Positions 30,618-42,860 of a stretch of DNA of 64,000 nt are shown piece by piece. Under the pieces are notes generated by a model. It had not been told where the DNA came from, searched no databases, and was given only the letters and a program-made list of their open reading frames with translations. The stretch covers positions 642,458 to 706,457 of the forward strand of contig CAVVUN010000012.1 of NCBI GenBank assembly GCA_963751455.1, written 5' to 3'. Numbering within the stretch: position 1 is the first letter of the stretch; each line of letters opens with the position of its first letter. A program made the translations under genes and the position numbers. Source of the DNA: Nitrospirota bacterium (GTDB lineage Bacteria > Nitrospirota > UBA9217).

Positions 30618-31693
30618 CTGCCGAAATTTACCCCCATGCCTTCGGTGATCTTTACGAGTTCCCCTTCCGGATCTACGAGCTTGAGACAGCTGATCGCTTT
30701 ATCAAGCGGAACCGATGTGATATTGGGCGGCTGATATGAAACCATTTCTCCGAATTTTTTCTGCGCAATCAGCTCTACGGCTGCAGCCCCATACCGCGTG
30801 GCAAGGATACGGTCATACGGGCAGGGGCTACCACCGCGCTGAAGATGGCCGAGTACTGTCACCCTGGTCTCAATGCTGGCTTGTCTGCTGATTTCGTTTG
30901 CAACGATCTCTCCCATGCCGCCGAGCCTGAGCACGTAGCCGTCAGCGGCCTTCTCCCGCACCGCCATCTCACCTCCTGCGGGTTTGGCGCCTTCCGCCAC
31001 CACCACGATGCTCGACTTGCTGCCCGACTTTTTCCGCTCCATCAGCCGTTCCACCACTTTCTCCATGCTGAAGGGAATCTCCGGAATGAGGATGACATCT
31101 GCGCTTCCCGCTATTCCTGCCTGGAGCGCGATCCAGCCGGCGTACCGTCCCATGACTTCGAGTACGATCACCCGTGAGTGACTTTCCGCGGTTGTATGAA
31201 GTTTGTCCAGCGCATCGGTCGCCGTAGCGACTGCGGTATGAAAGCCGAAGGTAACATGGGTTGCCATGAGATCGTTGTCGATGGTCTTCGGAACACCGAT
31301 CACGGGCACGCCGAGCTTATAAAGACCGTCCCCGATTTTCAGAGACCCGTCGCCGCCGATCACGATCAATACATCGAGTCCGATTTCCTCGATATTGCCG
31401 AGGACCATCGGGGACATGTCCTCCACGATTTCCTTGCCTCCTATCATGGTTTTATGAGCGAAGGGATTGCCCCGGTTCGTAGTGCCGAGGATGGTCCCGC
31501 CTACAAAGAGTATCCCCCGCGTATTCCATGATGTTAGCTGACGCGTTTTCGTGGGTGTGAGCAGCCCTTCAAAACCGTCGATGATGCCCGTCACTTCCCA
31601 CCCATACTTGTATATGGCGGTTTTGACCACTGCCCGTATCACTGCGTTCAGTCCGGGCGCGTCTCCGCCGCCTGACAGTACTCCGATTTTCAT
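30614..31693 (-). CDS. pfkA: 6-phosphofructokinase
   Basis: SGGGDAPGLNA; GGTILGTTNR; IGGDGS; PKTIDND; EVMGRYAGW; LGHLQRGG. Confidence 0.95.
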   Translation of the reverse strand: MKIGVLSGGGDAPGLNAVIRAVVKTAIYKYGWEVTGIIDGFEGLLTPTKTRQLTSWNTRGILFVGGTILGTTNRGNPFAHKTMIGGKEIVEDMSPMVLGNIEEIGLDVLIVIGGDGSLKIGDGLYKLGVPVIGVPKTIDNDLMATHVTFGFHTAVATATDALDKLHTTAESHSRVIVLEVMGRYAGWIALQAGIAGSADVILIPEIPFSMEKVVERLMERKKSGSKSSIVVVAEGAKPAGGEMAVREKAADGYVLRLGGMGEIVANEISRQASIETRVTVLGHLQRGGSPCPYDRILATRYGAAAVELIAQKKFGEMVSYQPPNITSVPLDKAISCLKLVDPEGELVKITEGMGVNFGR

Positions 31694-31784
31694 AACAAAA
31701 CCTCCATATTTATAAAAACGAGTTCCGAGTATTTATTATTTGTCTTCTCCATGTCATTCCGAGCGCTGTGAGAAATCGCGTATT

Positions 31785-32675
31785 TCAAGAGGGCTGACCA
31801 GTGGCGTTGTCCCGGAACGGTGGAACTTTTATTCCGAGAAGGCGCGCTCCTCCTTCGGAGGCTATTGTCATGACGTCGTGACTCGTCAATCCGGCCTGTT
31901 CGAAAAAAGCCAATTCCCGATGGTAGATCTCACGGTAATCCGGATTCGGGAGAACTGCATCGGTGCCGACTGTAAGAGGCACACCGGCGTCGAATGCATG
32001 ACGGATCATTGAGACGTGCCTGCTTATGATGTCAGTCAGATAGCGCCGCGCCTCATCCGGGACGATAGAAGCGCGTATGACCCGTGCCAGCGCATCCGTT
32101 GTGGGCGTCCAATAAGTTCCTTTCCGGGCCATCACGTCAAGGCACTGCTCCGTCATGAAGAATCCATGTTCGACCGATCGTGCACCGGCTTCGGCTGCCG
32201 CTATAATCGCGGCTTCGCCGTTCGCATGGGCCATCACGCCCAGATCAAGCGCTGCGGCCTCATCCACAATGTAACGCAGTTCTTCACGGTTAAATCCTCC
32301 GGCGGTGATGCTTCCAGGATCTTTAAGGCTTACGATACCCGAGGCCATGACCTTAATTATATCAGCGCCTTCTTTTTTCAGTTTAAGGATCTCGGCCTTT
32401 ATTTCGGTTTCCGTGTCAACGGCAATGCCGAACCGAACGCCGTATCCACCCCGCTTATACAGGGCGCGCAAGCTCGAAATTACAATTGTGCCCTTATCAT
32501 GAATCCAGTTTCTCGTTGCAGACGATTCAGCGCCGCCCATGCCCGCATCCCGTATACAGGAAATACCCGCTTCGGCCGCACATGCTATTCCGTCTTTCGA
32601 AAGCAAATGGACATGCGCGTCGATGAATCCGATAGTATTGAAAACACTGTTCGATTGCATGTTCGAATAATACAC
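31785..32675 (-). CDS. Amidohydrolase-family protein (short N-terminus)
   Basis: GFIDAHVH; IKVMASG; MAHANG; SVEHG; VGTDA. Confidence 0.82.
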   Translation of the reverse strand: MYYSNMQSNSVFNTIGFIDAHVHLLSKDGIACAAEAGISCIRDAGMGGAESSATRNWIHDKGTIVISSLRALYKRGGYGVRFGIAVDTETEIKAEILKLKKEGADIIKVMASGIVSLKDPGSITAGGFNREELRYIVDEAAALDLGVMAHANGEAAIIAAAEAGARSVEHGFFMTEQCLDVMARKGTYWTPTTDALARVIRASIVPDEARRYLTDIISRHVSMIRHAFDAGVPLTVGTDAVLPNPDYREIYHRELAFFEQAGLTSHDVMTIASEGGARLLGIKVPPFRDNATGQPS

Positions 32676-32718
32676 CTTTTGCAGGCAAACTCAACGATAA
32701 GGGCGGAAACAGGATATG

Positions 32719-33447
32719 TCAACCGGCGGTTATCAAGCCGTTATCTCTAAAACTAAAGTGGTTCTCGTCGCTCATAATGATATGATCAAGCACCTTGATG
32801 CCGAGCACTTCCCCGGCCTGAACAAGCCTCCGCGTGAGAAGAATGTCCTCCTGGCTCGGTTTTGTATCTCCGCTGGGATGATTATGGATGAAAATGACCG
32901 CGGCGGCTGATTCACGAATTGCAGCTTTGAATGTTTCCCGGGGGTGGACGATTGATGCCGAGAGGCTTCCGATAGACACATCTTCGTCTTTAATCATTTT
33001 AATAAGCTTATTCTTTGTGTCCAGAAGGATGCACTTGAACACCTCTTTCTTCAAGCCTTTCATCTTCTGTTTGTAAAAATTAACCACATCCTGGCTGGAG
33101 CATAATGATTCGGGTTTCTCTCGCACATTGGAGGGCATTTTATACCAGCGCCTGCCCAGCTCTATCGCGGCCTTAATCTCCGCGATCTTGGCAGGGCCGA
33201 TTCCCTTGATGCCAATCTTCTTATCGCTCAACTCTTTGATGCCCGCCTGCGCAATACCTTCGAGGTTTTCAAACTTCTTAAGCAGTTCCATGCCCAAATC
33301 TACCGCGGATCGGCCTCCGCTGCCGCTGCGTATGATGATTCCGAGCAATTGCGCTTCGGAAAGGACGCCGACACCGTACTTTAACAACCGCTCCCGGGGC
33401 CGCTCGTCCTCCGGCCAGTGTTTGACGCTGTTCTTTTTTTCAGACAT
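32719..33447 (-). CDS. radC: RadC (JAB/MPN domain)
   Basis: ERPRERLL; GIGPAK HhH; VHPRETFK; IHNHPSGD; LDHII. Confidence 0.95.
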   Translation of the reverse strand: MSEKKNSVKHWPEDERPRERLLKYGVGVLSEAQLLGIIIRSGSGGRSAVDLGMELLKKFENLEGIAQAGIKELSDKKIGIKGIGPAKIAEIKAAIELGRRWYKMPSNVREKPESLCSSQDVVNFYKQKMKGLKKEVFKCILLDTKNKLIKMIKDEDVSIGSLSASIVHPRETFKAAIRESAAAVIFIHNHPSGDTKPSQEDILLTRRLVQAGEVLGIKVLDHIIMSDENHFSFRDNGLITAG

Positions 33448-33456
33448 ACTCGCCTC

Positions 33457-33696
33457 TTATACTATGCCGCATCTGCAAACTACACTCTTCCCCGCCCCGA
33501 AGTATGCATCGTAGATGTGCTGATAGGCCGTGGTGCACTTCTTCTCATAGACCTGCGGAGCGTAGCTCTTCGGCAACATCTCATCAAGCATCGTCTCGAT
33601 AGTGTACTGAACGTCAGCGCGCGTCTGCTGTCGCTTCCGCCAGTCCAGAACCAGTTTCTCCCGCTTGAACACATCAAGCAACTTCTTCGATGCCAA
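33457..33696 (-). pseudogene. C-terminal fragment of a type I restriction endonuclease R subunit (DUF3387-like tail)
   Basis: LVLDWRKRQQTRADVQYTIETMLDEMLP.SY...YEKKC...YQHIYDAYFG matches HsdR C-termini; no helicase part present. Confidence 0.65.
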
Positions 33697-34063
33697 TGAA
33701 ATACGATCGGATCATCCGGGCGGGAGTGAAAACTTCTCGTCTTCAGCGCCTCCATTTGAGGATGTACGACTGATTCCACGTATTTGAGGTCGAGTATTAC
33801 GCCTGTCAGGCTCAAGAAACCGATGATCCTGAAAAGAGCTTTTGGACACGGATAAAATCTGATTAACACGTATTTACAAAGATATACAACTCTTTCATAA
33901 TTCTCCAAAAGGGCGAGATGTTATTTTGTTCTATCGCACTGTTTTTATCCGTTATTTCCGTGTTCATCCGTGTCCAAATGCCGTTTTTAGGATGATTCGG
34001 ATTGTCTGAACTCCCCAAATCCGGATTGCCGACTTCATCGATATAGATTCGGTACTTTGACAT
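33697..34063 (-). pseudogene. DUF3800-like (RNase H-fold) gene, truncated and interrupted by a MITE
   Basis: MSKYRIYIDEVGNPDL..DNPNH | insertion | FLSLTGVIL...DDPIVFH; 3' part replaced by the hsdR tail. Confidence 0.65.
33828..33991. mobile_element. 164-bp MITE with terminal inverted repeats and ATGAT target-site duplication
   Basis: CCTGAAAAGAGCTTTTGGACACGGAT vs CCTAAAAACGGCATTTGGACACGGAT (22/26 match); ATGAT at 33823-33827 and 33992-33996. Confidence 0.8.
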
Positions 34064-34263
34064 AAATCTCGCAAGATTGTGAAAGTGACCGTTAGGCGAG
34101 CGCCGTGAGCTATGCGTGATCGCCCACGGAGCAGCCTACGGCAAAAGTACTATAATTAAAGGGAAAAGTAAAGAATATTGATGGGCGGTTTAAATGCAAA
34201 TTTGGATTACGGCTTACGAAATAGAGAATCTATTTGTATTTTTGCCTGTCATTTGCTGCAATT

Positions 34264-35529
34264 TTATCCGAGCGTTGCTCCTCCCGGCCGCCGGCACTCT
34301 CCTGACAGACTGCCGTCAAACGGTTTCTGGTATTCCCGTGTTTTTTCCCCGAACAGTTTTCCGAATTCAAAACATTTTTTGTAATCATCGGGGCTCATGC
34401 GATAGAGCACCTCGACGCCGGGCTCGACTGTTTCAAGTCCCATCTTTTTGAACGTCTCGTAGGCCTCCTTCACGGCGCCTCCGCCCCAGCCGAAACTGCC
34501 GAATGCGCCGGCAAGCCTGTTCTTCGGCCGAAGCCCCCTGAGATGCGTAAGGAATTCCGCGACCGTCGGGAACATGATGTTATTCAGCGTCGGCGTGCCG
34601 ATGAGCATCGCCCGCGACTCCCAGATCCTTTTGATCGCCACACTCATCGGCGTTGCCCGGAGTTTGATCACTTCCACGTCAACACCGGCGGACCTGATCC
34701 CTTCAGAAAGCGGGATGGTCATATGTTCAGTACTCTGCCACATTGTATCGTAAACAATTATAACGCGAAGGTCCGCCTTATCGTTCGCCATATCAAGATA
34801 CATCTGGATGATCTTGTCGGGGTTCTTTCTCCAGATCAGGCCGTGGTCCGGCGCAATCATGTCGATATCGATGCCGAGTTTCTTGACCTCCGCAAGTTTT
34901 GTCTTGATGAGGCTTCCAAAAGGCATGAGGATGTTGGCATAATAATCCCTGACGGCGTGCTCCAGGGCGGTGACCGAGTACTGGTCGCAGTACTCGTCAT
35001 CGAACCTGGCCGCCGTTGCGAGATGCTGGCCAAAGGCGTCCTGGCTGATCAAAAGCCTGTCTTCCTTAATATAGGTCATCATTGAATCCGGCCAGTGAAG
35101 CATGGGCGTCTCGAGAAAGGTAAGCGTCTTCGTGCCCGTATTCAGAGTGTCGCCGGTTTTTACGATATTGAATTTCCAGCGCGATGTATCGAAAAAGCGG
35201 TCAAGACCCTTCTTGCCTCGGGCCGAGATATGGATTGTTGCGTGCGGCGTCAGTTCCATAATCCGGTCGATGCTCGTCACGTGGTCGTTCTCAATATGGT
35301 TGATGACTATGTTTTCTATTTTTGAAGGATCAACAAGTGAGCGGATGTTCTCGAGGGTGTATTCTGAAAAATCGTGCTTGACGGTATCGACAAGGGTGAC
35401 CTGCTTGTCGAGAATGAGATAATTATTGTACGTTGTTCCGTTTGGTGTAATATAGCCGTGGAAATCCCTGATTGCCCAGTCTATCGCTCCGACCCAGTGG
35501 ATATTCGGTTTAATCTCTACAGTATGCAT
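34264..35529 (-). CDS. fprA: Class A flavodiiron protein (O2/NO reductase)
   Basis: GTTYNNYLI; NHIENDH; MLHWPDSM; QDAFGQH; IAPDHG; flavodoxin YDTMWQST, GSFGWGGGA. Confidence 0.93.
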   Translation of the reverse strand: MHTVEIKPNIHWVGAIDWAIRDFHGYITPNGTTYNNYLILDKQVTLVDTVKHDFSEYTLENIRSLVDPSKIENIVINHIENDHVTSIDRIMELTPHATIHISARGKKGLDRFFDTSRWKFNIVKTGDTLNTGTKTLTFLETPMLHWPDSMMTYIKEDRLLISQDAFGQHLATAARFDDEYCDQYSVTALEHAVRDYYANILMPFGSLIKTKLAEVKKLGIDIDMIAPDHGLIWRKNPDKIIQMYLDMANDKADLRVIIVYDTMWQSTEHMTIPLSEGIRSAGVDVEVIKLRATPMSVAIKRIWESRAMLIGTPTLNNIMFPTVAEFLTHLRGLRPKNRLAGAFGSFGWGGGAVKEAYETFKKMGLETVEPGVEVLYRMSPDDYKKCFEFGKLFGEKTREYQKPFDGSLSGECRRPGGATLG

Positions 35530-35626
35530 GCCAGCCTCCTTTGTTGTCCGAATGGATGAAAAAGCCTTGATCCAATGCAGCGGCTCTGCGGAATATGGCA
35601 CCCATCAGTTGCTTGGACTGCCGGGA

Positions 35627-36052
35627 TCATGAAATTTTTTTCTTTTTTTTGCAGTTCGGACAGTACCCGTAAAACTCAACGTGGTTGCCTAGAATGGTAA
35701 AGTCGTGCAAGGACTTTTTGGGCAGATCGACAGATATTTCGTCCTCAGGGACATCCGTGATTTTCTTGCAGGCAACGCAGATCAGGTGATGATGCCTGGT
35801 GATATCCGGATCGTACCTCTTACGGTCGGCGTCGATCGTCAACTCCCGCACGCCGCCTGTCTGCGCCAGCGTATTCAGGGTGTTATACACGGTCGCAAAC
35901 GACATAGAATGGTATTTTCTCGAAACTGCCCGGTAGATCTCCTCGGCCGAAGGGTGCGATCTATTTCCGTCGAGATAATCCAGAATAGCAAGCCGTTGCG
36001 GTGTGCGCTTGAGCCCGGAGGCAAGAACGCTTTTGTGCAGTGGCCTTTTCAT
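35627..36052 (-). CDS. perR: Fur-family regulator, PerR-like
   Basis: TPQRLAIL; HPSAEEIY; ATVYNTL; RYD...HHHLICVAC; YGYCPNC; Per box directly upstream. Confidence 0.85.
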   Translation of the reverse strand: MKRPLHKSVLASGLKRTPQRLAILDYLDGNRSHPSAEEIYRAVSRKYHSMSFATVYNTLNTLAQTGGVRELTIDADRKRYDPDITRHHHLICVACKKITDVPEDEISVDLPKKSLHDFTILGNHVEFYGYCPNCKKKKKIS

Positions 36053-36054
36053 AC

Positions 36055-36091
36055 TTAGAATAATTATAAATTAACGATCGGGGCTTGTCAA
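36055..36091 (-). promoter_or_regulatory. Consensus sigma-70 promoter overlapped by a Per box
   Basis: TTGACA (36091-36086), 17 bp, TATAAT (36068-36063); TTAGAATAATTATAA at 36055-36069 has one mismatch to TTATAATNATTATAA. Confidence 0.85.
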
Positions 36092-36123
36092 GGGGTGTCT
36101 CAGGAGGAGGACGAAATGAGCGA

Positions 36124-36165
36124 CAAAAAACAGAAGGCAGCCACCCTGCGGGTGCTGCCTTCTTG
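36124..36165 (-). terminator. Rho-independent terminator of the atp operon
   Basis: agaaggcagc...gctgccttct hairpin followed by a T-run on the minus strand. Confidence 0.75.
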
Positions 36166-36188
36166 CCTGCTATTATTTGTATGGGGTA

Positions 36189-36614
36189 TTATTTTTGTCC
36201 GTGCTTCTCGGCGATCTGAATACGAATCATGGCTCTCAAAAGATCAATGCGGGCTTTTTCGTAGTCATGCTGCTCGAGCCTCTCGCTGAGAGCCTTTTCG
36301 GCGCGCTCTTTAATGACTTTCTCTTCGGCAAGGTCGATGTCCGATGCACGATCCGCGCCTTCGGCCAGGATGATAACCCTGTTCGGCACTACTTCAGCGT
36401 AACCCCAATCCACGGCCAAATGATGCCATTCCGTGCCTTCACGATAGGAGAGCTTGCCCACCTTCAGTGTGGTCAGGAACGGGGTGTGGCCGGGCAATAC
36501 GCCGAATTCGCCTTCGCTGCCCGGCGCAATCACCTCATCAACGCGCTCCGAAAGCACTACCTGCCTGCTCGGCGCGACAATCTCAAGGAGCATTTTTCCT
36601 TTTTCTGCGACCAT
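36189..36614 (-). CDS. atpC: ATP synthase epsilon subunit
   Basis: LEIVAP; PGSEGEFGVLPGHTPF; WGYAEV; follows atpD. Confidence 0.95.
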   Translation of the reverse strand: MVAEKGKMLLEIVAPSRQVVLSERVDEVIAPGSEGEFGVLPGHTPFLTTLKVGKLSYREGTEWHHLAVDWGYAEVVPNRVIILAEGADRASDIDLAEEKVIKERAEKALSERLEQHDYEKARIDLLRAMIRIQIAEKHGQK

Positions 36615-36649
36615 AGTCATTTTCCATTTCTCGGAAATTGATCAGTGTG

Positions 36650-36720
36650 AGGATCCATGATGCATGATGCCTGATCCACGAAAAAGCCTGTTGATATCCT
36701 GAATCGCACATCCTGCATCG
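36650..36720. repeat. 7-nt-periodic palindromic element between atpD and atpC
   Basis: ggatcca-tgatgca-tgatgcc-tgatcca ... atcctga-atcgcac-atcctgc-atc. Confidence 0.6.
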
Positions 36721-36724
36721 TTTC

Positions 36725-38224
<1,500 letters not shown>

Positions 38225-38226
<2 letters not shown>

Positions 38227-39091
38227 ATTTCTGCGCTTCCGCTCCTCCCACAATCTCGGATATTTCCTTGGTAATCGCGGCCTGCCGCTGCTTATTGAAC
38301 TTCAGCGTGAGCCTTTCGATCATGTCCTTCGCATTCCGCGTCGCGGAGTCCATCGCCGTCATCCGCGCCCCCATCTCGCTGGCCTGGCTTTCGAGCATGG
38401 AACGATATGCCTGTACTTCGATATGCTTCGGCAGTATAGAATCGAGGATTGCCTCGGGGGTCGGCTCATAAAGATAATCGACGGCGGCCATGAACGGATC
38501 AGCCTCGGTCGGAGGCTCAACCGGCAGGAGCTTCTCAAGCGTCACCTTTTGCTGCATCACGCTCTTGAACTCGTTATACAGAAGATACACTTCGTCGGTC
38601 TCGCCCGCCGCAAACCGCTCGACGATATGCTTGCCAACGCCCGCAGCCTTGTCGTAATCGATCATGCCGAGTTCGGACCACACTTTGCCGAGTGAATAGG
38701 CAGACCGTTTCCTGAAAAAGTCTCTGCCTTTCCGCCCGAGCACGTTGATTGTAACTTCTTTACCGTCGGCCTTGAATTGCTTAACCGCTTCGACTGCTTT
38801 CCGCAGAATATTCGTGTTGTAAGCGCCGCAGAGTCCCCGGTCGGACGTAAGCACGACGAGTTTGACTTTCTTCGGTTCGCGTTTTGCCAGAAGAGGATGC
38901 TGTGCGCGTTCCACCCGTCCCGCCAGATTGGCGATGACCGAGAGCATCTTTCGCGAGTAGGGCCTGGCCGCAATGACGCGCTCCTGGGCGCGCCGAAGCT
39001 TCGCCGCAGCCACCATCTTCATGGCCTTCGTGATCTGCTGGGTCTTCTTGACGCTCGTGATTTTTCTTTTAATGTCTCTTAAACTGGGCAT
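38225..39091 (-). CDS. atpG: ATP synthase gamma subunit
   Basis: ITKAMKMVAAAK; SDRGLCGAYN; RQAAITKEISEIVGGA. Confidence 0.99.
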
Positions 39092-39102
39092 TGATTCGCC
39101 TC

Positions 39103-39167
39103 GAATTTAAGATTCAATATTCAACATCCATGCGCGATTTTGAATCTTAAATTTTGAATTTTGAATT
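39103..39167. repeat. 7-nt-periodic palindromic element between atpA and atpG
   Basis: gaattta-agattca-atattca ... ttgaatc-ttaaatt-ttgaatt-ttgaatt. Confidence 0.72.
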
Positions 39168-39172
39168 ACGGT

Positions 39173-40696
<1,524 letters not shown>

Positions 40697-40705
40697 TTAA
40701 AACGC

Positions 40706-40815
40706 TTAAATTTCGAAATTCGGATCTCGAAATTCTAAAAAATATCGAATGTAGCAAATTTAGAATTTTGAAATTTTGATATTATTTCGGATTTAAAAAT
40801 TCGTGCTTCGAATTT
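40706..40815. repeat. 7-nt-periodic palindromic element (TTCGAAA type) between atpH and atpA
   Basis: aatttcg-aaattcg-gatctcg-aaattct ... ttcggat-ttaaaaa-ttcgtgc-ttcgaat. Confidence 0.7.
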
Positions 40816-40832
40816 CTTCTCCGTCTCATTAA

Positions 40833-41373
40833 CTATCGTTCAGCCAGCTTGCTGCGCATCTTCTTCGAGCTGGTTCTTGATGCTGCCGTCGTAGATGACG
40901 CTCCCGATCATTGCCTTGGCGCCGCCTATGAGAGAGGCATCCACCTTGGAATCGATGTCCACCTGCTTGCCGGTAAGCGTCTCCAGCTTTTTCTTGATGT
41001 CATCCAGTTCAGCCGCTTTTATTGATGCCGCCGTCGTCAGATGGACCATTGCCCGGTTCTGGCGCTCGGACAATATTGCAAGAAACGCTTCGTAAACGTC
41101 CTTGGTGTATCTGATTCTCCCGGTCTCAGCAAGGTGCTCGATGAACCGGATCGTAGTCGGCTGCAGGTTCAGTTTTCCGGAAAGTTCCTTGATGACCGCC
41201 TTCTTGTTCTCCGGAGTAAAAACGGGGCTGGCAAAAAGTTTCTGCAGCGCGGGTTGTGATTCAATTGCGGCTACGAACGCTCCGAGATCGGCCTTTGTCT
41301 TATCAATGCTCTTTTTCTCCTCGCTCAGCTCAACGAGGGCCTTGGCATATCTCTTTGCGATAATCCTGATCAC
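40833..41373 (-). CDS. atpH: ATP synthase delta subunit (apparent +1 frameshift in the last codons)
   Basis: IAKRYAKAL; DASLIGG...IYDGSIKNQL; removing one base near 40864 gives QLEKMRSKLAER* ending at 40833. Confidence 0.93.
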
Positions 41374-41942
41374 TTCTTGCCTCCAACCTTCGCTATATAT
41401 TCTTTCACAATGCGTTCATGATCCGTGTGGCTGATTTTCTCCTTGATTTTGCCTTCGGCGAGGTCGACGGAAAGAATGGCGGCCTCGACTGCAAGCGCGG
41501 TCTTGGCCTTCTGGACCTCCATATCCATGCCCTGCTTCACCTGGGTCTGGATTTCCGCCGCAACCTTCCTGCCTTCTTCAATGAGGGCCTGGCGGTCTTT
41601 TTCACCGCGCGCCTGGGATTCAGAAACCAGCTTGCCCGCTTCTATTTCCATGTCCTTGATCTTTTGCTCGAGCGCCGCCAGCGCCGCAACGGCACGCTCA
41701 CGTGCTTCCCGTGATTCTTCCATTGCCTTCGCAATATCAATGGACCGGTTTTTGAAGAAATCCCGGATCGGCTTTCTCGTGAAATAAATCAGGACCCCGG
41801 CGATTATTGCGAAGTTGAACAGGCGTGGCAGCCAGTCGCCCAGAAACGTCATCGGTTCCTGGTGCCCCTCTTCTTCAGCTATCGCAAGTGTACTCATCAG
41901 AATCGCAGCCACTGAATAGATAAACGAAATGATCCTTTTCAT
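41370..41942 (-). CDS. atpF: ATP synthase b subunit
   Basis: RLFNFAIIAGVLIYFTRKPI TM, followed by a coiled coil; DHERIVKEYI. Confidence 0.9.
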   Translation of the reverse strand: MKRIISFIYSVAAILMSTLAIAEEEGHQEPMTFLGDWLPRLFNFAIIAGVLIYFTRKPIRDFFKNRSIDIAKAMEESREARERAVAALAALEQKIKDMEIEAGKLVSESQARGEKDRQALIEEGRKVAAEIQTQVKQGMDMEVQKAKTALAVEAAILSVDLAEGKIKEKISHTDHERIVKEYIAKVGGKK

Positions 41943-41955
41943 CGCTGCTCCCATG

Positions 41956-42381
41956 CTACACCGCCCTTCCGAGCAGCTTGGAGGTAATGTCCTGCGACAG
42001 GCGTTCTGCTTCTTTTTTCAGTTCGGCCCGCGCGGAATTTGCCGCAGACGCAATCTCGGCCCGCGCCTTGTCCAGCATTTCCCCGGCCTTCGCGCGCTCG
42101 GAAGAAATCATTTCCCGCTGCCCGTCCAGGCCCTGCTGGTAAATGGCGTTATACGTTGCAGCCGCTTTCTGCTTCGATTCCGCCAGCGAAGCGTTGTACC
42201 GCTCAAGCTGGCTCTGCATGCGGTTCTGTGCGGTTTTTGCGTCTTCGAGCGCAGACCTGATGCCTTGTTCACGCTCGCGCATCACCTGCCGGATCGGCTT
42301 GAAGAGTATGAAGTTGAGCGCGATAAGCACAACGACAAAATTGCCGATTTGGATCAGGAGTGAATTATTTATATCTATCAT
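41956..42381 (-). CDS. ATP synthase b' subunit
   Basis: IQIGNFVVVLIALNFILFKPI; ITSKLLGR; upstream of atpF. Confidence 0.9.
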   Translation of the reverse strand: MIDINNSLLIQIGNFVVVLIALNFILFKPIRQVMREREQGIRSALEDAKTAQNRMQSQLERYNASLAESKQKAAATYNAIYQQGLDGQREMISSERAKAGEMLDKARAEIASAANSARAELKKEAERLSQDITSKLLGRAV

Positions 42382-42860
42382 TGTTCGCCTCTCTTGCTGG
42401 TTCAAAAACATCTTTTTAGCTTGAAAGTGTCAAAAAATTATCATAATGAAAAACCAAAGTCAATATCTTTGTCTATAAATAATATAAATGAGCGCTTGGA
42501 TTTTTATTATAGAAAAAACCAGCGAAAAAAACCTTCAAAACGCGGAGAAAAAAACCATCGCGGAATAACCTGCGCATTCCGAAAGAAACTCAACCATAAT
42601 ATCACTTTTCAGAAGCATTGCGATACAAAAAAGGAGCGCTTTTGGGAACATTATGAAGGCATTTGACAATGAGAACCAAGGACGCAGTGTGCAGTAACAA
42701 TTAAGGAACTAAGTAGCATGTTTTACGCAAGTTTTTCATTCAGCCACATTTTTTTGCATTCTTTTCTTTAAATGTAAAGTGCTGGGGGTTTATAATTTAG
42801 GTGAGAAACGAGAAAAAACTGTCCCGGCTTTACCGGCTGGCGAGTTAACTGAAGGCGCAT

